A DNA stretch of 64,000 bases from an uncultured Gammaproteobacteria bacterium (GTDB lineage: Bacteria > Pseudomonadota > Gammaproteobacteria > Xanthomonadales > SZUA-36). Below, piece after piece: positions 1 to 9,561 of this stretch. Made by a program: the position numbers and the translations under genes. The notes under the pieces are model-generated. The model was not told the DNA's origin. It was given only the letters and a program-made list of their open reading frames with translations, and did no database searches. The stretch is taken from contig CAVWXL010000020.1 of the NCBI GenBank assembly GCA_963759035.1, positions 3,505-67,504 of the forward strand, written 5' to 3'. The first letter of the stretch is position 1. Every line of letters starts with the position of its first letter.

Positions 1-289
1 TTCTACCGGGCGGGTCTGTTGCCCGTGGCGGTGATTTGCCTGGTGTCTGGTGCCGCTTCTATTTTTGAAAAAAAGCTGGGTTCCACGATTTTTCCAGGGT
101 CTGCTATTGCTCGGAGCCCTGGAATGGCTTCGTGCGCTCTATTCCTTTGCCGCCATGCGGATCGCCTGGGACCAGCCCTGGACCCGCCTCGCTCTCATTC
201 TGGGCGCAGTCGCGTTGTTTACCGCCCTTTCAGGCCTGGTTTTCAACAGCAGGAAACTCCGCCTGTTTTATCGAGTAAATATTGACTGA
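1..289 (+). CDS. Small or partial membrane protein. Either the 3' end of a gene entering the window, or a 79-aa GTG-started ORF at 50..289.
   Basis: Hydrophobic helix-like sequence in frame 1 (pos 1 to about 70: FYRAGLLPVAVICLVSGAASIF) and in frame 2 (50..289: GLLLLGALEWL, LALILGAVALFTALSGLVF). The two frames meet at a T5-G-A7 tract (62-74). No family recognised. Confidence 0.3.
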
Positions 290-379
290 GGTCGGCATGA
301 AGCGATTTATTACCATTTGCTAATATGCTATGGTTTCAAGGATAAGTTCGCGTATTAATCACATACCGGGAAACGGTCT

Positions 380-3277
380 ATGGCACCTCCGCAGGAACAG
401 GTAGAAACATCCCCAAAAGTCTCTGATGAGGTCAAGTACACGACGTGTTACATGTGCGCCTGCCGCTGCGGTATCAAGGTACATTTGACCGATGGCCAGG
501 TTCGCTACATCGAGGGCAACCCGGATCATCCGGTAAACAAGGGGGTGCTGTGCGGCAAGGGCTCGTCCGGCATCATGCAACACTTGTCACCGGCGCGTTT
601 ATCCGCCCCGCTGAAAAGGACCGGGCCCCGCGGCAGTGGCGAATTTGAAGAAATCTCCTGGGAAGAGGCGTTTGAAATCGCTACCGGTTGGCTGTCCGAT
701 ATCCGGGCCAGCGACCCGCGCAAGCTGGCGTTCTTCACCGGCCGCGACCAGAGCCAGTCCCTGACCGGCTTCTGGGCGACCAAGTTCGGCACGCTCAACC
801 ACGCTGCCCACGGCGGTTTTTGTTCGGTCAACATGGCGGCGGCGGGTCTGTACACGATCGGTGGGTCGTTCTGGGAGTTCGGCGAACCGGACTGGGAGCA
901 CACCCGTTACTTCATGATGTTCGGTGTCGCCGAGGACCATGACTCCAACCCGATTAAAACCGGCCTGGGCAACCTGAAAACCCGCGAGAATACCAAGTAC
1001 GTCTCGGTTAATCCCGTGCGCACCGGATACTCGGCCATCGCCGACGAATGGATAGGCATCAGGCCCGGTACCGATGGGCTGTTCGTGATGGCCCTGATCC
1101 ATGAACTGCTGAAATCACGAAAAATCGACCTCGACTTCCTGGTTCGCTACAGCAATGCACCCTGGCTGGTGCGGGCTGAAGAGGGGCACCCGGAAGACGG
1201 TCTGTTCCTGCGCGATGAAGAAGGCAATCCGCTGGCCTGGGAAAAGAACCAGGGACAGCCGGTCAACGCCCTGTTGCCGGACATCGTGCCTGAACTGAGC
1301 GGCCTGTTCGAAATGCCGGATGGCACCAAGGCCCGCCCGGCTTTCGAATTGATGGCGATGCGCTACCTCGATCAGCAATACGCGCCAGGCGAAGTTGCGG
1401 AAAAAACCGGCATCCCCGAAGCGACCATCAAGCGGATTGCAGCAGAACTCGCACACGCTGCTTTCGAGCAGGAAATAGAGCTGGATGTTGAATGGACCGA
1501 CTGGGCCGGGCGCAAGCACGACAAAATGATCGGGCGGCCGGTTTCCATGCACGCGATGCGCGGAATATCTGCGCACTCCAACGGCTTCCATACCTGCCGC
1601 GCCATCCACTTGCTGCAAATGCTGCTGGGCAGCATCGACTGCCCGGGTGGCTTTCGCTACAAGCCACCGTTCCCGCGGCCTTGCCCGCCCGGCCCCAAGC
1701 CGACCGGTAAGCCCGGCCAGGTCAACGCCGGCGAGCCGATGCCAGGTCCACCGCTGGGCTTTATCACCGGCCCTGAAGACCTGCTGGTCAACGAGGACGG
1801 CAGCCCCTGCCGTATCGACAAGGGCTTCTCCTGGGAGCACCCGTTCTCGGCGCACGGGCTGATGCACATGGTGATCCACAATGCCTGGGCCGGCGACCCG
1901 TACCCGGTGGATACCCTGTTCCTGTACATGGCCAACATGGCCTGGAACTCGTCGATGAATTCGAAGGGCACGATGGAAATGCTCACCGATGTCGATGAAA
2001 GCACCGGCGAGTACAAGATTCCGCACATCATTTACTCCGATGCCTTTGCTTCGGAAATGGTCTCCTACGCCGACCTGGTACTGCCGGATACAACCTACCT
2101 GGAGCGTTGGGATTGCGTCAGCCTGCTGGACCGGCCGATCAGCACCGCGCACGGCCCGGCGGATTCGATCCGCCAACCTGTCGTGAAACCAGACCGGGAT
2201 GTACGGCCTTTCCAGGATGTTCTGATCGAACTCGGTGCACGCCTGGGCCTGCCGGCTTTCAGCAATGAAGACGGTTCGGCCACTTACCCGGGCGGATACC
2301 CTGACTACCTGGTCAACCACCAACGCATGCCGGGCATCGGCCCACTGGCCGGTTGGCGCGGTGAAAACGGCGATCAGCATGGCAAGGGTAGTTCCAACCC
2401 GGACCAGCTAAAACGCTACATCGAAAACGGCTGTTTCTGGAAACACGATTTGCCGGATTCACAGCTGTACTATAAGCACGCCAACAAGGATTACCTGGAG
2501 TTTGCGCACGGCATGGGGTTCATCCCTTCTTCTGAGCAGATCGTGATGCAGCTTTACAGCGAGCCATTACAACGTTTCCGGCTGGCCGCCCAGGGACATG
2601 GTGAACACCAGCCGCCGGAAGATCTGCGCAAACGCATCACAGATTATTTTGATCCGCTGCCCATCTGGTATGAGCCCATCGAGGAGACTATGGTCTCCCA
2701 TGATAAATACCCGATCCACGCGATCACCCAGCGTCCGGCCGCGATGTACCACTCCTGGGGTTCACAAAATGCCTGGTTGCGGCAGATTCACGGTTACAAC
2801 CGCCTGTGTATGCACCGCGACCTGGCACGCGAAATCGGGGTGGGTGATGACGACTGGGTGTACGTTGAAAGCCACCACGGCAAAATAAAGGCCCAGGTCC
2901 GCACGATGACCGGTTGCGAACGCAACACCGTCTGGACCTGGAATGCTATCGGCAAGCGTCGCGGCGCATGGAACCTGGAAAAAGATGCGGCAGAGGGTGA
3001 GAAGGGCTTCCTGCTCAACCACCTTATTTCTGAATTGTTGCCGGCCAACGATGACGGCAAGAGACGTCGCATGAGTAATTCGGACCCGGTCACCGGCCAG
3101 GCCGCCTGGTTCGACCTGCGGGTGAAAATCAGCAAGGCTGAAGTGGGCGACGGGGTGAGCGAACCCCGGTTTGAACCGCTGCAGCCGGTCCCCGGTGTTC
3201 AGAAACGCCCGAAGATTCTGCGCTTTGGTGAACAATTCCTGCCCTCGGGCAGTTGGCGCCGGAAGGACCGCTCATGA
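380..3277 (+). CDS. Molybdopterin (bis-MGD) oxidoreductase catalytic subunit of the DMSO-reductase superfamily. SoeA-like, a candidate cytoplasm-facing sulfite dehydrogenase large subunit.
   Basis: 965-aa ORF. N-terminal 4Fe-4S motif C-x2-C-x3-C (CYMCACRCG) plus a distal Cys (GVLCGKG). No twin-arginine or signal peptide at the N-terminus. Followed directly by FeS and membrane-anchor genes. Confidence 0.7.
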   Translation: MAPPQEQVETSPKVSDEVKYTTCYMCACRCGIKVHLTDGQVRYIEGNPDHPVNKGVLCGKGSSGIMQHLSPARLSAPLKRTGPRGSGEFEEISWEEAFEIATGWLSDIRASDPRKLAFFTGRDQSQSLTGFWATKFGTLNHAAHGGFCSVNMAAAGLYTIGGSFWEFGEPDWEHTRYFMMFGVAEDHDSNPIKTGLGNLKTRENTKYVSVNPVRTGYSAIADEWIGIRPGTDGLFVMALIHELLKSRKIDLDFLVRYSNAPWLVRAEEGHPEDGLFLRDEEGNPLAWEKNQGQPVNALLPDIVPELSGLFEMPDGTKARPAFELMAMRYLDQQYAPGEVAEKTGIPEATIKRIAAELAHAAFEQEIELDVEWTDWAGRKHDKMIGRPVSMHAMRGISAHSNGFHTCRAIHLLQMLLGSIDCPGGFRYKPPFPRPCPPGPKPTGKPGQVNAGEPMPGPPLGFITGPEDLLVNEDGSPCRIDKGFSWEHPFSAHGLMHMVIHNAWAGDPYPVDTLFLYMANMAWNSSMNSKGTMEMLTDVDESTGEYKIPHIIYSDAFASEMVSYADLVLPDTTYLERWDCVSLLDRPISTAHGPADSIRQPVVKPDRDVRPFQDVLIELGARLGLPAFSNEDGSATYPGGYPDYLVNHQRMPGIGPLAGWRGENGDQHGKGSSNPDQLKRYIENGCFWKHDLPDSQLYYKHANKDYLEFAHGMGFIPSSEQIVMQLYSEPLQRFRLAAQGHGEHQPPEDLRKRITDYFDPLPIWYEPIEETMVSHDKYPIHAITQRPAAMYHSWGSQNAWLRQIHGYNRLCMHRDLAREIGVGDDDWVYVESHHGKIKAQVRTMTGCERNTVWTWNAIGKRRGAWNLEKDAAEGEKGFLLNHLISELLPANDDGKRRRMSNSDPVTGQAAWFDLRVKISKAEVGDGVSEPRFEPLQPVPGVQKRPKILRFGEQFLPSGSWRRKDRS

Positions 3278-4020
3278 CCAGCCTGCCTAAAACCACCCAA
3301 AAGAAGCTGGGCCTTGTCACCGACCTGGACATCTGCGTGGGTTGCCACGCCTGCGCGGTCAGCTGTAAGGAATGGAACGCCAGTGGTCACTCGGCGCCAC
3401 TTACCGATACCGATGCCTACGGCAAGGACCCTTCCGGAGTCTGGTTCAACCGGGTTCATGTCTACGAGACCGATGACGGCGCGAACACGCGCACTGTAAA
3501 TTTCCCCCGGTCCTGCCTGCACTGCGAACAACCGGCCTGTGTCACGGTCTGCCCGACCGGTGCCTCCTACAAGCGCGAGGAAGACGGCATTGTGCTGGTC
3601 GATGCAGAGAAATGCATTGGCTGCAAGCTGTGCTCCTGGGCCTGTCCTTATGGCGCCCGCGAGTTTGATGCAGACGACGGCGTGATGAAAAAGTGCACGC
3701 TGTGCATCGATCGCATCTACAACGAAAACCTGGAAGAGAGCGAGCGCCAGCCGGCCTGTGTCATGGCCTGCCCTACCAGGGCGCGGCATTTCGGTGACCT
3801 GGGTGACCCGGCTTCGGACATTTCCCAACTGGTCGAGCGACGGGGTGGATATGCGCTGATGCCTGAAAGCGGTTATCAGCCGGTCAACCGCTACCTGCCG
3901 CCGCGCCCACGTAAAGAACTGGCCGGAGACACCGGCACCGGCGACCACCTTGAAGCGGCGGAGAACATAACATCCGGCAACGCCTTCTTCGATTGGCTGG
4001 ACAAGGCCCTTTCGAGATAG
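3274..4020 (+). CDS. 4Fe-4S dicluster-domain electron-transfer subunit (DmsB/PsrB/SoeB-like, four clusters)
   Basis: The ATG at 3274 overlaps the upstream stop (ATGA). Four Cys groups: CVGCHACAVSC, CLHCEQPACVTVCP, CIGCKLCSWACP, CTLC...ACVMACP. No signal peptide. Confidence 0.85.
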   Translation: MTSLPKTTQKKLGLVTDLDICVGCHACAVSCKEWNASGHSAPLTDTDAYGKDPSGVWFNRVHVYETDDGANTRTVNFPRSCLHCEQPACVTVCPTGASYKREEDGIVLVDAEKCIGCKLCSWACPYGAREFDADDGVMKKCTLCIDRIYNENLEESERQPACVMACPTRARHFGDLGDPASDISQLVERRGGYALMPESGYQPVNRYLPPRPRKELAGDTGTGDHLEAAENITSGNAFFDWLDKALSR

Positions 4021-4038
4021 CAGGAGAGACTAGCACCC

Positions 4039-4983
4039 ATGGATCCGGCATATTCCGTCATACTTTTTACTTCATCTTCCGGTGCGGGCTACGGCCTGAT
4101 GATCTGGCTGGCGATTGCCCGACTGAGCGGCGCCTGGGAACTCTCTCCACTAACGGCGTTTATCGCCTGCCTGGTGGCTCTCGCGCTGATCACCACCGGC
4201 TTGCTGTCCTCTACGTTCCACCTGGGCCACCCCGAGCGGGCCTGGAGGGCCATGAGCCAGTGGCGCACGTCGTGGCTGAGCCGTGAAGGCGTGTTTGCAA
4301 TACTGGCCTACCCGGCCGCGCTGGTCTTTACAGCCGGCTGGATATGGAACGTCATTCCGGCGAACGTGACGCAGGCAGCCGCAGCCGCCACTGCCGTGCT
4401 GGCCCTGATCACCGTGATCAGCACCGGCATGATCTATGCCTCACTGACAACCATCCCGCGCTGGCACAACCACTGGGTCGTGCCGGTATACGTCGCGCTG
4501 GCGCTGGCCAGCGGCGGTCTGCTGTTCACCCTGGCACTGGGCTTCTCGGGCGCCGCCAGTCAGCAAACGCTGATCATGATGCTGGGCGTGTTGCTGGTGT
4601 CATGGCTGATCAAGTGGTCTTACTGGCGATTCATCGACCGGCAGGAAGCCGTCAGCACCACCGGTACCGCCACCGGACTGGGGCACCTGGGCAAAGTCAG
4701 CCAACTGGAAGCGCCGCATACATCAGAGAACTACCTGCTTAAGGAAATGGGGTTTGCCATCGCCCGCAAGCATGCAGAACGGCTGCGCCGCTTGGCTATA
4801 AACCTGGGCCTTTTGCTGCCCGGAATCTTGCTCATTCTTGCCGGTGTCTCCGGGGGCGTGGCGCAGCTGGCCTTATTGACCATTGCCCTGGTGGTTGGCC
4901 TGGCCGGAATAGTCGTCGAACGCTGGCTGTTTTTCGCCGAGGCTCGACACGCAGTCACGCTGTATTACGGCCGGTCGTTATAA
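4039..4983 (+). CDS. DmsC/YnfH-type (SoeC-like) molybdoenzyme membrane anchor subunit
   Basis: 314-aa polytopic membrane protein with multiple long hydrophobic helices. The N-terminus MDPAYSVILFTSSSGAGYGL is typical of DmsC-type anchors. It is third in the gene trio. Confidence 0.75.
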   Translation: MDPAYSVILFTSSSGAGYGLMIWLAIARLSGAWELSPLTAFIACLVALALITTGLLSSTFHLGHPERAWRAMSQWRTSWLSREGVFAILAYPAALVFTAGWIWNVIPANVTQAAAAATAVLALITVISTGMIYASLTTIPRWHNHWVVPVYVALALASGGLLFTLALGFSGAASQQTLIMMLGVLLVSWLIKWSYWRFIDRQEAVSTTGTATGLGHLGKVSQLEAPHTSENYLLKEMGFAIARKHAERLRRLAINLGLLLPGILLILAGVSGGVAQLALLTIALVVGLAGIVVERWLFFAEARHAVTLYYGRSL

Positions 4984-4992
4984 GAAGGACTT

Positions 4993-6200
4993 TTAGATGA
5001 TTCCCCGCTCTTCAAGGTCTGCGATCTCCTCCGCGGAAAGCCCCAGCAGGTCTCTGTAGACTTCTTCGTTGAACGCACCCACCTCCGGTCCGGCCCAGTC
5101 GGTCCGGCCCGGGGTCGCACTCATCCTGGGTATCATCGCCGGAATCTTCAGTGATTTGCCGTTTACATCGACCTCTTCGAACAGGCCGCGCGCGATGAAA
5201 TGCTCGTTGACCATCATGTCGGCCACGCTGTAGATCGGACCGGACGGCACCCGCGCTTGATCCAGCAGTGACAGCGCCTCGATTGAACCCAGGGCGCTGG
5301 TCCATTGCGTGATGGCCGCATCGATCTCCGGTTCATGCTCCACCCGCCCGGCATTGGTATCAAAACGCGCGTCCTGAGCCATGTCCGACCGGCCCATTTT
5401 TTCGCACAGCCGCTTGAAAATGGAGTCGCCGTTGGCGCCGATGATGATGAACTTCCCATCGGCACAGCGGTAGGTATTGGTGGGCACAATTCCGGTGATG
5501 GTCGATCCGGAAGGCTCGCGGATGACACCGGCGCCGTCGTATTCCGGCACTACCCCTTCGAGCAGGTTAAAGGTCGCCTCGTACAGGGCGGTATCGATCA
5601 CCTGGCCTTTGCTGCCGGGATGATTGGCCTGGTACAGGCAGGCCATGACGACACCCAGCGCGGTGTGCAGGCCTGCCATCGTGTCGCCCAGGCTGAGGTT
5701 GGGCCGCATCGGCGCTTCACCGGGTTTGCCGTTGACGTAACGCAAGCCGCCGACACCCTCGCAGACCGAGGCAAAACCGGGTTTGGCCGAATATGGCCCG
5801 TCCTGCCCGTAGCCGGAGATCCGTGCGTAGACCAGTTGCGGATTCTCAGCCCACAGGTCGGCCGGTCCGAGCCCCCATTTCTCCATCACGCCCGGACGGA
5901 AATTCTCCACCAGCACCTGGCAGCTTGAAGCGAGCCTGCGTACCAGGTTGCGACCCTCTTCGACTGCGCAAATCGGCCGTGATGCATTTTTTGTTGCGGC
6001 CCAGGCTGCGCCACCAGAAGGACGTGCCGTCTTCATCGAGTTCACGCCACTTGACGCAGCGGGTCGCCTTCTCCAGGTGGTTCCACCTTGATGACCTCGG
6101 CGCCATAGTAGCCGAGCATACTACCGGTGAACGGGCCGGCCAGCAGTTGCCCGACCTCCAGAATGCGGATTCCGTCCAGCGGTCGGCTGTTTTGTTCCAT
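4993..6200 (-). pseudogene. Family III CoA-transferase (CaiB/BaiF-like) spread over three reading frames. This is either a frameshifted gene or an assembly error.
   Basis: Frame A from the ATG at 6200 reads [49 protein letters not shown]. Frame B reads [30 protein letters not shown]. Frame C reads EEGRNLVRRLASSCQVLVENFRPGVMEKWGLGP and continues to 4993. Joined, these form a canonical CaiB-family N-terminus. The shifts lie near 6050-6056 and near 5962. Confidence 0.8.
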
Positions 6201-6216
6201 ACGCTTAGCTCACGGG

Positions 6217-6840
6217 TCAGGTCTTGAAGACCCGGTCCCAGAAATAATTAGACACGCCGAAACCGAGGCGGGTATCACGAAAATGATGGGCCATATGATG
6301 GCGGCGGACCTTTCGAAACAAGGCGAATTTCGAGTTCTGAACGTGGTGAACTGAGTAATGCATCATGTCGTAAAACACGTAACCCAGACCAAACCCGCAG
6401 AAGAACCCCCAACCCTTGTCACCCATCAGGCTGACGAACAGCACGCCAAACAGGGCGGCCAGCGGGATGCTCACGGTAATCGGCATGACCAGGCGGTCTT
6501 TGTCAGTCGGGTACTGGTGGTGCACCCCGTGTATGGTGAACAGGATCTTGTGTTGAAACGGCGTGGTGGCGTTGAAATGGAACACGAAACGGTGGAAAAA
6601 GTACTCGAAAAAAGTCCAGAAAAAGAAGCCGCCCGCGACCAGCCCGGCTGTTACCCCAATACCGACGCCGTTGCTGATACTCAGGTAAGCGGCAATGGCG
6701 ATCACCGGAAGATACACGGCCAGCACGGTTACCGGGCTGATGCGGCTCAGGCGTTCGAGAAGCGCGTTGTCCTCGAACATGATGAGTTCGCCTTGCTGCG
6801 GGGCAAGGTGCCCGGGTATGCGGTCGCTCACGTCCGTCAT
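6217..6840 (-). CDS. Fatty acid hydroxylase / sterol desaturase superfamily membrane di-iron enzyme
   Basis: Histidine boxes HRFVFH, HGVHHQYP, HYSVHH and HHMAHH, plus N-terminal TM helices. Confidence 0.8.
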   Translation of the reverse strand: MTDVSDRIPGHLAPQQGELIMFEDNALLERLSRISPVTVLAVYLPVIAIAAYLSISNGVGIGVTAGLVAGGFFFWTFFEYFFHRFVFHFNATTPFQHKILFTIHGVHHQYPTDKDRLVMPITVSIPLAALFGVLFVSLMGDKGWGFFCGFGLGYVFYDMMHYSVHHVQNSKFALFRKVRRHHMAHHFRDTRLGFGVSNYFWDRVFKT

Positions 6841-6845
6841 GGCCT

Positions 6846-8258
6846 TTAGAATCTCCAGCTGTAGCTGAGTTCGAAATCAAACTGATCCGACTCAATTTTT
6901 ATATTCTGACTGGGGTCGAGCAGGTTTTGATCGATCTGTGATTCTTCCTCGGAATAAGCCGCCGAGAAATTCACTTCCGCGCCACTGCTCAGCACGTATG
7001 AAAAGCCAAAGGTGTAATGCGCTTCGGCCAGGTAAGGCGTGAGTATGTTGGTGCTGGTTTCACGCAGGCTGATCGGCTGGTCTGCAAAACTGAAACCAGC
7101 CAGCAGCGTCCACCGGTCGGTGATCACAAAACTGCCACCAATCCGGTAGATGTTCATGTCCTGCCACCCCAGCCCGCTGCCATTTTTGCCGCCAAGGCAG
7201 GAACTGACATCTTCGCCGCCGGCATTGACTCCCGGACAACGCAACAGGTTCTGACCGGAGTTGCCCAGCGTATCCACGCCCGAGTTGAAAATTCTCTCCG
7301 CATCGATGCTGAAAGCCACATTTTCCCAGGCCTGCCAGGTCAAACCGATCTTCAGGTCCGCCGGCATGTCGAACCTGCCGCCGTTTGGCAGCAAATCCGA
7401 ATAGTCCTTGTGTTTCGTCATGAATATTTTCGACTGGTACATGACGCCAAAGCTGAGTGTGGGGGTAAATTGCGCGTGCAGGCCGACTTTGACACCCGCA
7501 CCGTAAGCCCAGTCACGCTTGTTATTCGACAGGCTGTCGGGAAACTCGGTACCTCCGCTGGCCACATAGGTTTCAGTCCATTGCGCAAACGACCTCATGC
7601 CATTAGCCCTGAACCCCTGCGTCGCCAGGACCCCGGTGAAGCCCAGCGATATTTTCTCGCTCACCTGCTTCGCATAGGTCATGTCGATAAGCGTCTGGTA
7701 TACGTGCCAGTTCGCATTGCCATCGCCGAAGGTTCCCGGAAGGGTTTGCACGGGCTGCGGGCCGTCACCATCCGGATCAAAGGTTGCGGTGCCTCCGCGG
7801 TAGTCGGTGTTCATGCCGGAACGAGTGTAGAGGGACACCGCTACCGCTGAGTCTTCCTGCAACAACGCACTGGTCGCCATGTAAGGTTGAACCAGGTACT
7901 TATCTTCCGCGTCGATGGCATTGGGTCCGATGGTAAAAGCGCCATTCTCACCGTCGTTACTACTCTCGGTCGTATAGTAGTTGGCACGCGCATGGTAGAC
8001 AGAAATACCCGCCTGCATCTGGCCGGCCACCGCGATCGCAACGGCCGGGTTGTTGATCACTGCGGCCGCCTCCCGCGGCAGGGCCATACCGGCTCCGCCC
8101 ATCGCCTTGTTCTTGGTACCGTAACCGTGCGGGTACATGGCATTATTTGCCGAAACACTTCCGGCGACGCAAAGCCCTGCTGACAGCGCAAGGGATGCCA
8201 GAAAAGCAGAACCCGTCCGGATCCGCCCAGGCTGATTGTTTTTATTGCTGCAACTCAC
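6846..8258 (-). CDS. Outer-membrane hydrophobic-compound channel, OmpP1/FadL/TodX family
   Basis: Signal peptide, N-terminal GYGTKNKAMGGAGMALP...NNPA motif, beta-strand-rich sequence and C-terminal aromatic residue (SYSWRF). Confidence 0.8.
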   Translation of the reverse strand: MSCSNKNNQPGRIRTGSAFLASLALSAGLCVAGSVSANNAMYPHGYGTKNKAMGGAGMALPREAAAVINNPAVAIAVAGQMQAGISVYHARANYYTTESSNDGENGAFTIGPNAIDAEDKYLVQPYMATSALLQEDSAVAVSLYTRSGMNTDYRGGTATFDPDGDGPQPVQTLPGTFGDGNANWHVYQTLIDMTYAKQVSEKISLGFTGVLATQGFRANGMRSFAQWTETYVASGGTEFPDSLSNNKRDWAYGAGVKVGLHAQFTPTLSFGVMYQSKIFMTKHKDYSDLLPNGGRFDMPADLKIGLTWQAWENVAFSIDAERIFNSGVDTLGNSGQNLLRCPGVNAGGEDVSSCLGGKNGSGLGWQDMNIYRIGGSFVITDRWTLLAGFSFADQPISLRETSTNILTPYLAEAHYTFGFSYVLSSGAEVNFSAAYSEEESQIDQNLLDPSQNIKIESDQFDFELSYSWRF

Positions 8259-8321
8259 AAAAAATCCTCTGTTCAGGCAAATTCCTAGTGTAAAGTATAT
8301 TGAAAATACCGGCTCCGAATC

Positions 8322-9029
8322 ATGCGTCCAAAGGTCTTCACGCTCCGAACCTTACTGATACCGGCCCTCGTCCTGGGTGTGGTGATCAGTGCGGTTTTTC
8401 TGCCGGTCGAACAACTCATCACTGCGCTTCAAAGCTGGGCCGATACGCATCAGTCGTCGGCCCTGCTGGTCATAATCGTCAGCATTATACTCGGAACGCT
8501 ATTGCTTCTCCCCCTGTCGCTGATGATGATGCTGGCCGGTTTCCTGTTTGGCCTGGGCCAGGGCCTGGCCGTGGTGTGGATCGCCGGCCTGGTTGCCTCT
8601 TCCACCGCCTTCTGGATCGGGCGTTCATTCGCACGAGCCTGGATCGAGCGCAGAATTCAACGCCAGCCGACGTTCATGGCGATAGACCGGGCCATCCAGC
8701 GCAAAGGATTCCTGGTCGTGCTGCTCACCCGGTTGGTCATGCTGCTGCCGTATCCGCCGCTCAATTACTCACTGGGGCTGACCAATGTCAGTTTCAGGGA
8801 TTACGTACTCGCCACCAATATCGGATCGGTGCCAACCTTCTTTCTATTCGTTTACCTGGGAACAACCGTCAGCAACATCGCAGCCATCATCAATGGCGAC
8901 ATCAGCCTGGAAGGGGCTGAGTTAGCGATTGCTGTTCTCGCCCTGGCCGCCGTTGCCGGCCTGGTATTGTTGATCGTCCGCGTTGCAGGCGGGATCCTGA
9001 AGGAAGAACTGATCGCAGCCCGGGAATAA
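8322..9029 (+). CDS. TVP38/TMEM64 (DedA-related, VTT domain) membrane protein
   Basis: 235-aa polytopic membrane protein with family-typical LLPLSLMMMLAGFLFG and RLVMLLPYPPLNY segments. Confidence 0.7.
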   Translation: MRPKVFTLRTLLIPALVLGVVISAVFLPVEQLITALQSWADTHQSSALLVIIVSIILGTLLLLPLSLMMMLAGFLFGLGQGLAVVWIAGLVASSTAFWIGRSFARAWIERRIQRQPTFMAIDRAIQRKGFLVVLLTRLVMLLPYPPLNYSLGLTNVSFRDYVLATNIGSVPTFFLFVYLGTTVSNIAAIINGDISLEGAELAIAVLALAAVAGLVLLIVRVAGGILKEELIAARE

Positions 9030-9041
9030 GACCGTCCGAAA

Positions 9042-9518
9042 TTATTGGGTCAGGTAATAACCCCGATAGTATTGGGGCTGCAAGCGCGTGTACTGCGCAT
9101 GCAGAAACTCCGTCAGATCAATCAGCTCGGCGACCGTCATTTCTTCACCGTAATACGGCATGGGCGAAATCACCGCATCCCGGCCCGCATCATTCAGCAT
9201 GTTGACGTATTTCGGTGAAATGATGTGATCCGGATTAACTATGGCCGTCAGCAGTTCTCCGTAGTTTTTGACCCGGTATACTTCACCGCCAATCTCCAGG
9301 ATGAAGGGTGGCGTAAAATCCACTTCCGGAAATTCACGTCCCGGAATGGTGTGACAACCGTGGCAATTGAAGTCGATGAACACCTGTTCACCCTGCGCGA
9401 CATCGCCTTCCGGCAGGACGAATCCCCTGACCGGTTTTCCTTCCTGACTGCAGGCAAACAGGGCGGCGGCGGAAAGCAATGCGATCGAAATCCGTTTCAA
9501 GCCGTTGATAGTAGACAT
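9042..9518 (-). CDS. Mono-haem c-type cytochrome, probable lipoprotein
   Basis: Signal peptide with lipobox-like LFAC. Single haem site CHGCH (FNCHGCHTI). Confidence 0.75.
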   Translation of the reverse strand: MSTINGLKRISIALLSAAALFACSQEGKPVRGFVLPEGDVAQGEQVFIDFNCHGCHTIPGREFPEVDFTPPFILEIGGEVYRVKNYGELLTAIVNPDHIISPKYVNMLNDAGRDAVISPMPYYGEEMTVAELIDLTEFLHAQYTRLQPQYYRGYYLTQ

Positions 9519-9561
9519 GACAAACCCTCCCTAACCAGAAGAGACACTTATAGTGTGCCGC

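Noticed and set aside
381-395. TGGCAC at the start of the molybdoenzyme gene
   Set aside because: It overlaps the start codon itself (aTGGCACct) and has no -12 GC element at the right spacing.
1115-2380. 421-aa ORF antisense to the molybdoenzyme gene. Similar long antisense or alternate-frame ORFs occur at 3199..3948, 7017..7850, 10586..11779, 20002..20841, 30991..32496, 42656..43597, 45099..45797 and 59302..59937.
   Set aside because: Each lies fully inside a gene with strong family motifs on the other strand. Their translations are Arg/Ala/Gly/Val-rich with no motifs, as expected for shadow ORFs in GC-rich DNA.
8300-8920. 206-aa ORF overlapping the TVP38-family gene in another frame
   Set aside because: Pro/Arg/Gly-rich nonsense composition. 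The 8322..9029 frame gives a coherent polytopic membrane protein.
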